Source: Candidatus Babeliales bacterium
Lineage (GTDB): Bacteria; Babelota; Babeliae; Babelales; JACPOV01
NCBI GenBank assembly: GCA_050250855.1
Contig: JBFWNW010000003.1
Location: 158,022 to 222,021, forward strand
Direction: 5' to 3'
DNA: 64,000 nt
The notes below the pieces were generated by a model, which was not told where the DNA came from, did not search any database, and saw only the letters and a list, made by a program, of their open reading frames with translations. The position numbers and the translations under genes are program-made. Shown one piece after another: positions 26,635 to 37,304 of this stretch. How positions within the stretch are numbered: the stretch's first letter is position 1; each line of letters starts with the position of its first letter.

Positions 26635-29067
26635 ATGAATTCAGAAATTATTAACCAACAGCCCCTGCACCAACCCCCTCTGCACAATATGCTACCTCTT
26701 TTACCGCTTAAAAATGTAGTCATATTGCCTAAGACTATCGTGCCTATAATTGTTGGACGAGAGATTTCTGTAAAGGCTGTGGAAGAGGCATTAAGAGGTG
26801 ATGGCTCTATTTTTATCTCCACTCAAAAGGATGGCGAGGTAGAAAACCCTACCCAAAAAGATGTTTTTGAGTATGGTATACGTGCCACTATCCTTCAGGT
26901 TCCCAAAGAAGAACAACGCCGTTATAATGGTATGTTTAAAATCTTGGTAGAAGGCCTTTCTCGAGCAAAAATAGTAAGCTCTCATGTTGAAAATGGCTTT
27001 ATTATGGTTACCTGCCAAGACCTTCCTACAACAAATCTAGAGCTTTCTACCCATATGCAGGCATTATGGCGCTATGCAAAAGGACTCTATGAAAGCTATG
27101 CTCGTCTTAATGAAAAAATCCCCGCCGATTTAATGAGCTTGGCAAAAACAGCAGAAGATATGGATACTATTGCAGATACTATTGCTGTTCATTTAAATCT
27201 TTCTTTTTTTGATCGCCAAGAACTTGTTGAAACAGTTGATCTTAAAGAACGTTTAACAAAACTTAGCAAATTCTTAGCACAAGAAATCGAAATTCTTGAA
27301 ACAGAAAAACGTATTAAAGGCCGCGTTCAAAATCAGGTTGAAAAAAATCAACGTGAATATTATTTAACAGAACAAATTAAAGCTATCCAAAAAGAGCTTG
27401 GCCGTGATGATCATCAACATGATATTAATGAAATTCGTGCAAAAATAAAAACGCTTGGCTTGCCAGAAGAAGTCTATGAAAAGACAGAAAAAGAGTTAAA
27501 GCGCTTAGATCAGATGCCACCTCTTTCTGCTGAAGCAGTTGTTTCTCGTAACTATGTTGACTGGGTAATTTCATTACCATGGAATAAACAAAGTAAAGAT
27601 CGCATTAGCTTGGCCCAAGCCGAAAAAATTTTAAATCAAAAACATGCAGGCTTAAGCAAAGCAAAAGAACGTATTATCGAGTTCTTGGCTGCAAAAAAAT
27701 ATTCTAAATCGTTAGAACGCTCCCCTATTATTTGCCTTGTAGGAGCTCCAGGTGTTGGTAAAACATCACTTGCTTCTTCTATTGCAGAAAGTTTGGGGCG
27801 TGAATTTGTACGTATCTCTTTAGGTGGTATTCGCGATGAAGCTGAAATTCGTGGTCATCGCAGAACCTATATTGGTGCATTACCAGGAAAAATTTTACAA
27901 GCCATGCGTAAAGCAAAAACAGTAAACCCAGTTATTTTGCTTGATGAGATTGATAAAATGACCCGTGATATTCATGGTGATCCTGCTGCCGCATTACTTG
28001 AGGTACTTGACCCAGAACAAAACAAAAATTTTGTAGATCATTTTCTTGAAGTTGAATATGACCTTTCAAAGGTTATGTTTATTGCTACTGCCAATATGAT
28101 TGATACTATTCCGTTACCGCTTTTTGACCGTATGGAAATTATCACGTTACCTGGTTATATCGACGAAGAAAAAGTTACCATCGCTCGAAAATTCTTGATC
28201 CCTAAAGGACTTAAAGAACACAGTTTGGATGCTCATGCTTTTAAAATAAGCGATGAGCTTTTAGAGCATCTTGTTTCTTATTACACGCGAGAAGCTGGGG
28301 TCCGTCAGCTAGAACGAGTTTTAAATAAACTTATGCGCAAAGTTATTCAAGAACTACTCAACAAACCAGAAAAAAAATCGGTCGCTATAACTAAAGAGTT
28401 GATTGTTGAGTGGCTTGGCTATCAAAAATACAAAAAAACATCACTTGACCATTCAAAAGATCGCTGTGGACTTGCTACAGGACTTGCTTGGACAGAAGTT
28501 GGTGGTGATATTTTAGAGATTGAATCTACCGTGCTTCCTGGCAAAGGTAATGTAACCCTAACAGGACAGCTTGGTGAAGTAATGCAAGAATCTGCTCAGG
28601 CAGCATTAAGCTATATTCGCTCTCGCTCAGCTGCACTTGGAATTAATGCTTCGTTCCACTCAAATAAGGACATTCACGTTCATTTACCAGAAGGTGCAAC
28701 CCCTAAAGATGGCCCATCTGCTGGTATTACCATGTGTGCGGCTTTAGTTTCTATGCTTACTAAAAACCCTACCAAAGCGGCTGTTGCCATGACAGGTGAA
28801 ATAACCTTGCGTGGCCGCGTATTGGCAGTTGGTGGCCTTAAAGAGAAACTTTTAGCTGCTCAACAACATGGGATGAAAACCGTTCTTGTTCCTAAAGAAA
28901 ATGAAGATGACATTAATGAAATGTCTAAAGAAGTGAAAACTAGCCTTTCTATCATCTTTGTTGAAAATATGGATGAAGTACTTAAGCATGCATTGGTTAA
29001 TGACCCTTTCATTCTTAAGCCAAAAAGAAAAAGAAAAAAAAGAACTAAAAAGAAAAGTAAGAAGTAA
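26635..29067 (+). CDS. lon: Lon protease
   Basis: Lon N domain, [40 protein letters not shown]. Confidence 0.97.
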   Translation: MNSEIINQQPLHQPPLHNMLPLLPLKNVVILPKTIVPIIVGREISVKAVEEALRGDGSIFISTQKDGEVENPTQKDVFEYGIRATILQVPKEEQRRYNGMFKILVEGLSRAKIVSSHVENGFIMVTCQDLPTTNLELSTHMQALWRYAKGLYESYARLNEKIPADLMSLAKTAEDMDTIADTIAVHLNLSFFDRQELVETVDLKERLTKLSKFLAQEIEILETEKRIKGRVQNQVEKNQREYYLTEQIKAIQKELGRDDHQHDINEIRAKIKTLGLPEEVYEKTEKELKRLDQMPPLSAEAVVSRNYVDWVISLPWNKQSKDRISLAQAEKILNQKHAGLSKAKERIIEFLAAKKYSKSLERSPIICLVGAPGVGKTSLASSIAESLGREFVRISLGGIRDEAEIRGHRRTYIGALPGKILQAMRKAKTVNPVILLDEIDKMTRDIHGDPAAALLEVLDPEQNKNFVDHFLEVEYDLSKVMFIATANMIDTIPLPLFDRMEIITLPGYIDEEKVTIARKFLIPKGLKEHSLDAHAFKISDELLEHLVSYYTREAGVRQLERVLNKLMRKVIQELLNKPEKKSVAITKELIVEWLGYQKYKKTSLDHSKDRCGLATGLAWTEVGGDILEIESTVLPGKGNVTLTGQLGEVMQESAQAALSYIRSRSAALGINASFHSNKDIHVHLPEGATPKDGPSAGITMCAALVSMLTKNPTKAAVAMTGEITLRGRVLAVGGLKEKLLAAQQHGMKTVLVPKENEDDINEMSKEVKTSLSIIFVENMDEVLKHALVNDPFILKPKRKRKKRTKKKSKK

Positions 29068-29155
29068 AAAAAACTAAAAATTTTTATTTACTTCTTTTTC
29101 TCAAGAGTATTATATTCATTTCCAGTACAAGAATTTATTTTGTATAAAAAAGGAT

Positions 29156-30388
29156 ATGAATATGAAAAAAAAGATAGTACTATTTTCTTTTTGGTTACTG
29201 TTAGCGCATAATGCTTTAGGTTCAAAAAATATATTTTTTGATGCAATCAGCGCATTCTTTTCTCCAAAAAAACCACTCACCGTTATTGTCTATATGGCTG
29301 CGCGAAATGATTTACATTCTTTTATATTTGATGATCTTTCAGAAATGGAGAAAGTTGGCTCAACCAGTTACCTTAATATCTTAGTATATTTAAATGCATT
29401 ATCACCAGAGCAAGAAAAAATAACACGTAAACTGGTAATTCATAAAGGACATACTACGCAATATGGTCCTGATAAAAGCAAAGATAGTGGCGATGCACAA
29501 ACTGTTATTGATGCCTGCAAGTGGGCTATTAAACATTATCCTTCAGATCAATTTGTTCTTATTTTCTGGAACCATGGTTCTGGCTCACTTAATAGAAACC
29601 CTCGTAGCGTATGTTACGATGATGCTACAGGAAATTACTTAACCGATTATGACATTAAATTTGCCCTTAAAGAAGTAACTAGACTCTTAGGTAAAAAAAT
29701 TGACATCGTTGCTTTTGATGCATGCTTAATGGCAGATCTTGAAATCGCATACATGTTAAGAGAATACGCTCAGTACATCGTAGCATCTCAAGAATTAGTT
29801 CCTGGAAAAGGATTTGGCTATGATCTTATATTCGAATATCCAGCTTCTCATCGCGTTAATTCTTATGAATTAGCAAAAATTATGGTGCATGCTTTTGAAA
29901 AAGAATATATCAATGAAACACAAGAATACACACTCTCTGCTCTTAATCTATCAAAAATTGATGGCATCACTATGAATAATAATAGGATAGCAGAACTACT
30001 GACTCGAGCGCTAGAAACAAAAGATTCAAATGTCGCCCTCATTGCTGCTGCTCTTGCTGAGTGTACCTGCTTTGATAAAAAATATATGGACTTGTATCAT
30101 TTTTACCAAAACATACAAAAACTTCTAACGCAGTTTAACCTCAGCGCTCCTGATAAAAAAAATCTTAATGAACTTCTTGAGGAAGGATTTGACCTTATCA
30201 AACGAGCTACGGTTGATTATGTTCATGGCAACTTATATCCAAATTCCCATGGACTTTCTCTCTATTTTGATCCTATTGCTATGGATAGCACCTATCCAAC
30301 AACATTATGGGCTCAAGATACGCATTGGATAAAATTTCTCACAACCTACTATGCCATGAAAACTAATCCTGCTGTTCAACCTGCTTGA
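29156..30388 (+). CDS. Secreted clostripain-family (C11) cysteine peptidase
   Basis: Signal peptide; VYMAARNDL, FWNHGSG (His), FDACLM (Cys), VASQE..PG.G. Confidence 0.88.
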   Translation: MNMKKKIVLFSFWLLLAHNALGSKNIFFDAISAFFSPKKPLTVIVYMAARNDLHSFIFDDLSEMEKVGSTSYLNILVYLNALSPEQEKITRKLVIHKGHTTQYGPDKSKDSGDAQTVIDACKWAIKHYPSDQFVLIFWNHGSGSLNRNPRSVCYDDATGNYLTDYDIKFALKEVTRLLGKKIDIVAFDACLMADLEIAYMLREYAQYIVASQELVPGKGFGYDLIFEYPASHRVNSYELAKIMVHAFEKEYINETQEYTLSALNLSKIDGITMNNNRIAELLTRALETKDSNVALIAAALAECTCFDKKYMDLYHFYQNIQKLLTQFNLSAPDKKNLNELLEEGFDLIKRATVDYVHGNLYPNSHGLSLYFDPIAMDSTYPTTLWAQDTHWIKFLTTYYAMKTNPAVQPA

Positions 30389-31052
30389 CATGATTAAGCA
30401 TAGTTGAAACTGTTTGGTCTAAGGTAAGGTTAGAATTATCAACAACATATGCATTTTTAGGAATGGTCAAGGGCGCAATATCGCGCTCTTGATCTCGCGT
30501 ATCTCGCTCTTCAATCTGAGCTTCAGCATCTTTCAGCGTTATAGCATTGCCATAGGATTTTTGTAATTCTTGTAATCTGCGAGCTCGTTCAGCAAGAGCT
30601 GCCGTTAAATAAAACTTGATCTCCGCAGCATCAAAAACTACAGAACCGCTATCACGTCCTTCAACTACAACGTCACGTTGTTTAATGCATTCACGTTGCA
30701 TGAGATTTAAAGCATCTCTAACATCTTTATTGGCAGCAATAATAGATGCACCCTGAGAAACTAAATCACTTTTTAAAAATGGCGTGATATCTTGATTACC
30801 ATAAATAACTTTTCCACAATTAGTTTGATCTAGGCAATATTGAAATTTTTGTGGATCAAGAGCATCACGTATATCATCGGCATTCAAATGTTCTAATGTT
30901 TCTTTTGAATACCCATAAAAATTCAACAATATATAAGCAAGTGCGCGATATAAATAACCGCTACTCAAACAATAGAAATTAAGATCTTTTGCTAATTTTT
31001 GTGCAACAGATGATTTACCACTTGCAGTGGGACCATCAATAGTAATAATCAC
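30363..31052 (-). CDS. cmk: Cytidylate kinase
   Basis: ITIDGPTASGKSS, G.LYRA, VVEGRD.G.VVF, RD..D..R..APL. Confidence 0.95.
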   Translation of the reverse strand: MIITIDGPTASGKSSVAQKLAKDLNFYCLSSGYLYRALAYILLNFYGYSKETLEHLNADDIRDALDPQKFQYCLDQTNCGKVIYGNQDITPFLKSDLVSQGASIIAANKDVRDALNLMQRECIKQRDVVVEGRDSGSVVFDAAEIKFYLTAALAERARRLQELQKSYGNAITLKDAEAQIEERDTRDQERDIAPLTIPKNAYVVDNSNLTLDQTVSTMLNHVKQVEQQD

Positions 31053-32788
31053 GGTAAATCCTTATTTGTTGTAAGCGCACAATCGACACCTAGTAATTCT
31101 ACGCTTGTTTTTCCTTGCCAATGATTTTCTGTTACATGAACAGCTATATCAAAGCTTTCTTGTTGTTGTTGTTTGAAGAATTCAAATAATTCTGGACGAT
31201 TAAAAAAAACAAGTGGTTTTATAATACCATCAGCAAACACTGAACATTTGACATGTACATCTTTAAGAAGCACTGGCTCTTGCACTATGCTTACCTCTTT
31301 TACATGAAAAACTGGTTGAGGATTCTCATTACCAAATGGTTCTAAATGTCGTAAATCTTGTACCAATTTTTGCGTAACATCAGAGAGCGGCAAATCAGCA
31401 TCAATAACAATTTTTTGCTGTAAATCAAAAGGATCAAGTTTTTCCTGCACCATGTCTTCTAAATGTTTCTTTAAAAGCGGCACATTATCCAAAGAAAGCG
31501 CTAAGCCTGCTGCCAGTGAGTGGCCGCCAAATGAATCAAGCAATGATGATGCACTCTGTAAAGCATCAAACATATTAAACTCTGGAATAGATCTACAAGA
31601 ACCTTTTGCTTTTCCATCGCTGGTAATGTGAAATAGTATGGTAGGCTTACCATATGCACTTACCAAACGCGAAGCTACAAGACCTATAACACCGGGAGGC
31701 CATTGCTTACTTGCTGCAATAATAACATTTTCATGCTCAAGATTAATTTTCTTTGATTCAATCTGTGTTACAACGTCTGCAAAAATACCACGCTCAATCT
31801 CTTTACGCGCCTGATTCAATTCTAAAAGAACGGTACCAACCTGATCAATTTCTTTATAATCAGAGCCTATAAGAAATTTTACTCCCTGCCGAGGATCTTC
31901 TAATCTACCAAGAGCATTAAGCTGCGGCGCTATAGAAAAGCCAATATCAGTTGCTGATAAAATCGATCGCGTTACATTTCCATTCTTTTTTAAGACTTTA
32001 AAAGCATAACTTTCCATTTGATTAATATACTGCAAGCCATAACGAACCCAGTAACGATTTTCCCCTTTTAAAGGAACAACATCCGCTATAGTTCCTAGAA
32101 GTAATAACTCTATTGCCTTTGGTGGAATAGGTTTTTGCAACGTTTCATATAACAAAGCAATAAGTTTAAAGGTAACGCCTACACCGGCCAAACTTTTGAA
32201 AGGATAAGGGCAATCGGCTTGATTAGGATTAACAACAGCAAATGCTGTTGGAATATGATCATGAGGGCGATGGTGATCGGTAATAATAAGATCCATTCCT
32301 AAATCTAATGCTCGCTTGGCAGGTTCAAAAGCAGTAATGCCATTGTCTACGGTAATAATAACTTTATACCCATTTTGTGCAGCACGTTCAACAACTTTGG
32401 TAGAAAGTCCATAACCATCTTTCACGCGATGTGGTAAATAAAAATTAATTAAAGCACCTAATGGCTGCAATGCCAACATCATTAAGGATGAAGATGTAAT
32501 GCCATCAACATCATAATCCCCAAAAACTAGTATTTTTTCATTATGTTTTATGGCATGCAAAATACGCTCAACAGCCTTTTGAGCATCTTTTAATAAGGAA
32601 GGATGCGCAACGTCTCTTTCTAATGAAGTAAAAAGAAAAGAGTCGATGGCTTGCGTTGTTTCATAACCACGGGTAAATAATGTTTGTGCTACTGCTGATG
32701 AAATATTGTATGAGCTTGCACAATCAATAATCTTTTTTGGGTCACCTTGAGCTAGGCGCCATGCATATTTTTTACCTTGAAGATACAT
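31049..32788 (-). CDS. recJ: ssDNA exonuclease RecJ
   Basis: GDYDVDG, TVDNG, TDHH, GTIADVVPL, GVIGLVASRL, GGH..AAG. Confidence 0.96.
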   Translation of the reverse strand: MYLQGKKYAWRLAQGDPKKIIDCASSYNISSAVAQTLFTRGYETTQAIDSFLFTSLERDVAHPSLLKDAQKAVERILHAIKHNEKILVFGDYDVDGITSSSLMMLALQPLGALINFYLPHRVKDGYGLSTKVVERAAQNGYKVIITVDNGITAFEPAKRALDLGMDLIITDHHRPHDHIPTAFAVVNPNQADCPYPFKSLAGVGVTFKLIALLYETLQKPIPPKAIELLLLGTIADVVPLKGENRYWVRYGLQYINQMESYAFKVLKKNGNVTRSILSATDIGFSIAPQLNALGRLEDPRQGVKFLIGSDYKEIDQVGTVLLELNQARKEIERGIFADVVTQIESKKINLEHENVIIAASKQWPPGVIGLVASRLVSAYGKPTILFHITSDGKAKGSCRSIPEFNMFDALQSASSLLDSFGGHSLAAGLALSLDNVPLLKKHLEDMVQEKLDPFDLQQKIVIDADLPLSDVTQKLVQDLRHLEPFGNENPQPVFHVKEVSIVQEPVLLKDVHVKCSVFADGIIKPLVFFNRPELFEFFKQQQQESFDIAVHVTENHWQGKTSVELLGVDCALTTNKDLP

Positions 32789-32846
32789 AAAAACCTTCTA
32801 CATAATAGTATTTTGCTATTAAGTATGCTCTTTTTATTAAAAAATT

Positions 32847-32874
32847 AAAGCCCCCTGATTTTCAGAGGGCTTTT
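32847..32874 (-). terminator. Intrinsic terminator after the phospholipase gene
   Basis: AAAGCCC-CCTGA..TCAG-AGGGCTTT hairpin with flanking A/T tracts. Confidence 0.6.
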
Positions 32875-32895
32875 AACACACAAAAAATATAGTCG

Positions 32896-34788
32896 TTATG
32901 CTGCTGGATTAAGACGTCGCTTCATCCACGTTTTAAGAGCTTCTTTATTTGCTATAAGATTATTACCCGCCAACGCAGAAAGTTCATTAAATGTTTTCTT
33001 GCCATACCCAAAGTTAAAAGTATTGCATTCACTTTCTTTTACGCAAGCCTGCGGATCAAAAGTAGCCACTGTATCAAATAATCCCGCAGTTTTTAATACT
33101 GCATCATCTTTCATATAGTTAACATATATAATTAAAGGAGGCTTGACTGAAGGATAATCTTTATAATTATTTTGCGGCTCAAATACCTTAAATGTTTTAT
33201 TATCAACTACTTTATTATAGGTAATACCATAAAAACTTTGAACGTCTTTAAGGCCAAGAACAAGCTCACTGTCATCACCATTTGGTTTATCAACAACATT
33301 GGCAGAAGCATCACCAACGATAATAATATCTATTTTGCGCTCTGGTCTAAAGAGTGGACGTATTGGAATATTATAAGAAAGACCTGCGTCAACTAAGGTT
33401 AAATAATCATATTGTTGCAAGGCAGAAGAGGCTTGCGCAAAACCTTTAAAAGGATTAAATACTTGTGCTGGTGAAATACGCTGAGGAACTTCTAATCGTT
33501 TTTTTCTTATATCCAGTTTATACTCACCTGTTGCAGCCCATGCTCTGACTAATCGTGAGCCAGCATAATCTTTGGCATCGTTAAATACTTTTTCAATATC
33601 GCCTTTTGCTAAATTCTTAGCCCCTTTTTTAATAAGGTTTGCAAAATCTTGCACTTCTTTTTTTGCCTTATCAAGCACACTTTTATTCTTTGCGTCCTCA
33701 GCCTCCATACTTGGAAACATAAGATTAGCAATTGATTGAGCATTAATCGTATATGCAGAACCAAAAATTCCCATTAAAAACCCAAAACTTTGACCTGCAG
33801 AGAATTTACCTGTCCCTTTAGAAAATTTAGTACCAAATGCCCATGATGGGAAGAAAAGACTTTCTTCCAAATTTCTTACCTCTTCTGGATTAAATTCATA
33901 CCAATGATAGGTAAAATCACGCGGCACTGCACCATCACGTATACCAGCAGCAGTATAAATTGGCCATGGCGTATTACCGGTACTAACAAGAGGCAACTGA
34001 GAAAAAATTCTTTGTTGATGACGAGCCTCTCCTTTTTGAGCTAACAAATAATGAGAAAGAACACCGCCATAAAGATCTACCGATGTTATGGTTTGTCCAA
34101 ATATAATTTTTGGCCAAAGAATGTTTGCATTAAAATTTGAAAAATTAAAATCAGTAAGTGCATCTTTCTTTGTTGCTATATCAAAATGGTTTGTATCTAT
34201 CTTTCTTACCAAAAGAGCATTAAACTCCGATGGGGTCAAAGGCATTAATTGTGCTGGTTGTATCACCCCACGAATACGCGGTCTAAAACCACCTGTTTTG
34301 CTTTCTAATAACCAAGGCCCCAAATACCATGTTGAACCAGATAACGCAGAAACATATAAAATAGAGTTTAAAATACCTAATTTTTCTAATGCTTCCATCC
34401 ACCCTGCTGTTGCAATCATAGCACGATAGCCGCCACCACTAAATGCACATGCCACATTTAAATCTTGCTTAACGGTTTCCCCTAAAAACGCAGAAAGAGC
34501 TTGTTGGGCTTTAGCTCGTCTTTTTGTTAAAAATGATCTCTCAGCTGCGCTCATTTGATTATTTTTTGCAACATACGCTGTTTGATTTCTGTAAGGATAA
34601 TCAGGATCGGTAGACTTCATATTATCAGTATAAAATTTGGTAAAACTGGGCAAACTAAATAGTTGCCAAAATTCTGCCATACGCGTTTGTATGCTTTTGG
34701 TGAATTCTGTTATAGAGCTAAAATCTTTTGCTCCATACAATGCATTGCTCACGAGCAACATAGCTAATAATATCTTTTTCTTCTGCAT
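32896..34788 (-). CDS. Secreted cPLA2/phospholipase B (lysophospholipase)-like protein
   Basis: Signal peptide; SGGGYRAM (oxyanion/Arg), LSGSTW (Ser nucleophile), PWPIYTA, WYEF.P.E, LVDAGL..NIP...L.RPERK.D.II..D. Confidence 0.9.
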   Translation of the reverse strand: MQKKKILLAMLLVSNALYGAKDFSSITEFTKSIQTRMAEFWQLFSLPSFTKFYTDNMKSTDPDYPYRNQTAYVAKNNQMSAAERSFLTKRRAKAQQALSAFLGETVKQDLNVACAFSGGGYRAMIATAGWMEALEKLGILNSILYVSALSGSTWYLGPWLLESKTGGFRPRIRGVIQPAQLMPLTPSEFNALLVRKIDTNHFDIATKKDALTDFNFSNFNANILWPKIIFGQTITSVDLYGGVLSHYLLAQKGEARHQQRIFSQLPLVSTGNTPWPIYTAAGIRDGAVPRDFTYHWYEFNPEEVRNLEESLFFPSWAFGTKFSKGTGKFSAGQSFGFLMGIFGSAYTINAQSIANLMFPSMEAEDAKNKSVLDKAKKEVQDFANLIKKGAKNLAKGDIEKVFNDAKDYAGSRLVRAWAATGEYKLDIRKKRLEVPQRISPAQVFNPFKGFAQASSALQQYDYLTLVDAGLSYNIPIRPLFRPERKIDIIIVGDASANVVDKPNGDDSELVLGLKDVQSFYGITYNKVVDNKTFKVFEPQNNYKDYPSVKPPLIIYVNYMKDDAVLKTAGLFDTVATFDPQACVKESECNTFNFGYGKKTFNELSALAGNNLIANKEALKTWMKRRLNPAA

Positions 34789-34956
34789 ATAATCTCCTCT
34801 TTTTTATACAGAAAACTTTGTTCTAACAACACCTTGGAGTATAAAAGGTAGCGTGCAAAAAAAGCAACATTTTAAAAATAACAAATCAACTATTGCTCTT
34901 TATAAAATTAACACGCTATACTGCGTACAAAAATGAAATAGTAAGGAGATTAAGGA

Positions 34957-37206
34957 ATGAAAACATTCAGATTTTTTAGTATAATTATAGCTGCATGCAT
35001 ACTGCATACTATCCATGCACAAGAATCACTTCAACAAGAACTTTCAAAAAAAGTAAATGCAAGAGCTCCTTTTTCTGGTTCCATTTTTAATAATATTTTA
35101 GCACAACTTCAAATACCCCAAGCCTCAATTAATATTGTTAAAGGCCTTTTTATAAAAACTCCTGTTCCCATTAAGCTTCCTGGCGAACTGACAAGTGGGA
35201 CAGCTTTTGAAGGAGATGTTTTTTTCAAAGGAAAAGACACTAAAATTAAAGTTGTAGTTGGCCAAACGTTAACAAATCCTGAAGCTTTTAGTTTATCACT
35301 TGCTTTACCAGCGGGATGGAAGCTTTCTGATATTAGCTCACAACTTAGTTATTTAGATGAACTTTCTCTTACTAATGGTCAACTTATTTATTCAAATTTT
35401 ATGTACAAAGATCTAGAACTTGCCACTGAAGTACAAGCTGGTCTTAACTTTGTTGCAGATATCGCGCTAAAACCACCGCTCACTGTTTTGAATAAACTGA
35501 TGGCAAATCAAAAAAAATTAAATGGGCTCGTAGTCGAAGGCGGCGCTGCAAAATTTAAAGGAACAGTAGCGCCAGATATAACCCAATCCTCATTTCTTAT
35601 AGATTTACCGTTACGTTTTGGTGTTAATTTTGAAGCATTAGCAAAAAACCCAACCATACAAAACAATAAAGATGCAGAAAAAGTCGCACAAGCAGTAGCA
35701 AAAGTAATAAAAGAAATAACATCCGATACGTTTACCGTAGAAGTAACACCACCGCCAAGTGTTGGCTTTTCAGTTGGCAGTGGCGTACGACTCCTGCTTG
35801 CAACACAAAAAGAACCAATAAGTTTTGATATGAGCGGACAACTTGTTGCTGGAGCACAAGAAGCACTTAATATGGTAGGGCAAATGAAAGGACCCCTGCA
35901 CCTTGCCCAATGGCTTACTTTTTCTGATGCAGGATTAGAGATTGATTGGGATTTTGCCCTTATTTCAGAGCTTGCCGCTGTTGGTATTCCTCTTCCTTTC
36001 ACCGGCCTTGGCATGAGTGGCTGGGTTTATCTTGGCAAGGAAGGTGATAAACAAGCAGCTATAAATCTTACCGGTGGCCTTCGCTTCAAACAAGGAGATA
36101 AATTTCCTTCAGAATTTGCATTCCAAGGCATTGGTAAAAATTTAGATTTTAAATATGTAGTACAATTTTTAGCAGAAAAAATTGCAAAAAAAAGAATTAA
36201 TGCAAGTATCCCTACTATGATGCTAAAAGACTTTATCGTAAAAGCATCCCCCGTACCTACTAAATTTATCGGAGAAAAATATGAAGCAGGAATGCTTTTT
36301 GATGGTAATGCACAACTTTTTGATGTTGATGCTTCTCTTCATTTTAGTTTAAATCCAGACCCAACAGTTTTGGCTATGACAGGAAATGGAAAAGCTTCTG
36401 TCATAAATATCACTTCCCAAGGCAAAAAGCTTTTCACGCTTTCTGGATCAAAACCTAATGAAGGACCTTCTTTGAGCTTCTTGGTATCAGCAAAAAATCC
36501 TGAAGCAACTAACTTTATGTTTGACGGCACACTCGATATTCCTGTATTAGGAATACGAGAACAAGTAAAAAATTTACGCGTAGAGCTTGATAGAATATCA
36601 GGAACTTTTGAATCAAAACTTGGTAATCTTCTTGATGTTGATGCTACCGTTAACATTCAACCATCACAACCACTCAAATCTGAAGTTGATCTTGCCTTCA
36701 AACAAAATATTGTAGACGTGCTTTCAAAATCTGTTTCTGCAAAGCTCCGCGCAGCAAAGGTGCAATTTGAAAAAACTAAAGCAGAAAAAGAGCTTGAAGA
36801 AAAAAAACAAGAGTTTCATGACAAGTGCAAAGGAACTAATTATTTTAAACATATAAAAACATGCTCAAAGTTATCCGCAGAAATAACGGCGCTAGGAACA
36901 AAAGTTGCCGCAGAAAAAACTAAACAAGCTTTTGATCCAAAAAGAATTAAAGATATCTTAGAAGAAATTGCACAAAAAGCATTAGTTCCTGCGCTCAAAG
37001 CTTTTGAAATCAAAGAAATGAGTGCTTCATGGAAAGCTTCACAGGGATTACCTGTTATTAACAAGATGGTAATACACATTAACGTCGCAAGCTTTAAAAA
37101 GGTAATTGAGCTCACTAATATCTCCTTTGACCCTAAGAATATAGCTAAAGACCTTGATACCTGGGCAAACCTGATTGTAAAAGAGATCATTAACCAGATA
37201 AAATAG
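34957..37206 (+). CDS. Large secreted hypothetical protein, beta-strand rich with C-terminal coiled-coil/Cys pair
   Basis: Signal peptide; about 550 aa of alternating hydrophobic/Gly strands, then a helical segment containing KCK...KTC. Confidence 0.8.
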   Translation: MKTFRFFSIIIAACILHTIHAQESLQQELSKKVNARAPFSGSIFNNILAQLQIPQASINIVKGLFIKTPVPIKLPGELTSGTAFEGDVFFKGKDTKIKVVVGQTLTNPEAFSLSLALPAGWKLSDISSQLSYLDELSLTNGQLIYSNFMYKDLELATEVQAGLNFVADIALKPPLTVLNKLMANQKKLNGLVVEGGAAKFKGTVAPDITQSSFLIDLPLRFGVNFEALAKNPTIQNNKDAEKVAQAVAKVIKEITSDTFTVEVTPPPSVGFSVGSGVRLLLATQKEPISFDMSGQLVAGAQEALNMVGQMKGPLHLAQWLTFSDAGLEIDWDFALISELAAVGIPLPFTGLGMSGWVYLGKEGDKQAAINLTGGLRFKQGDKFPSEFAFQGIGKNLDFKYVVQFLAEKIAKKRINASIPTMMLKDFIVKASPVPTKFIGEKYEAGMLFDGNAQLFDVDASLHFSLNPDPTVLAMTGNGKASVINITSQGKKLFTLSGSKPNEGPSLSFLVSAKNPEATNFMFDGTLDIPVLGIREQVKNLRVELDRISGTFESKLGNLLDVDATVNIQPSQPLKSEVDLAFKQNIVDVLSKSVSAKLRAAKVQFEKTKAEKELEEKKQEFHDKCKGTNYFKHIKTCSKLSAEITALGTKVAAEKTKQAFDPKRIKDILEEIAQKALVPALKAFEIKEMSASWKASQGLPVINKMVIHINVASFKKVIELTNISFDPKNIAKDLDTWANLIVKEIINQIK

Positions 37207-37304
37207 GTTTTATCGCTAAAAAAGGCTAAATTATTGATTTTAAGCTAAAAAAAGCAGTATCCTGAAAGAAATAGTAAAACTGACCTTAAAAAGGAATTTG
37301 AGTT

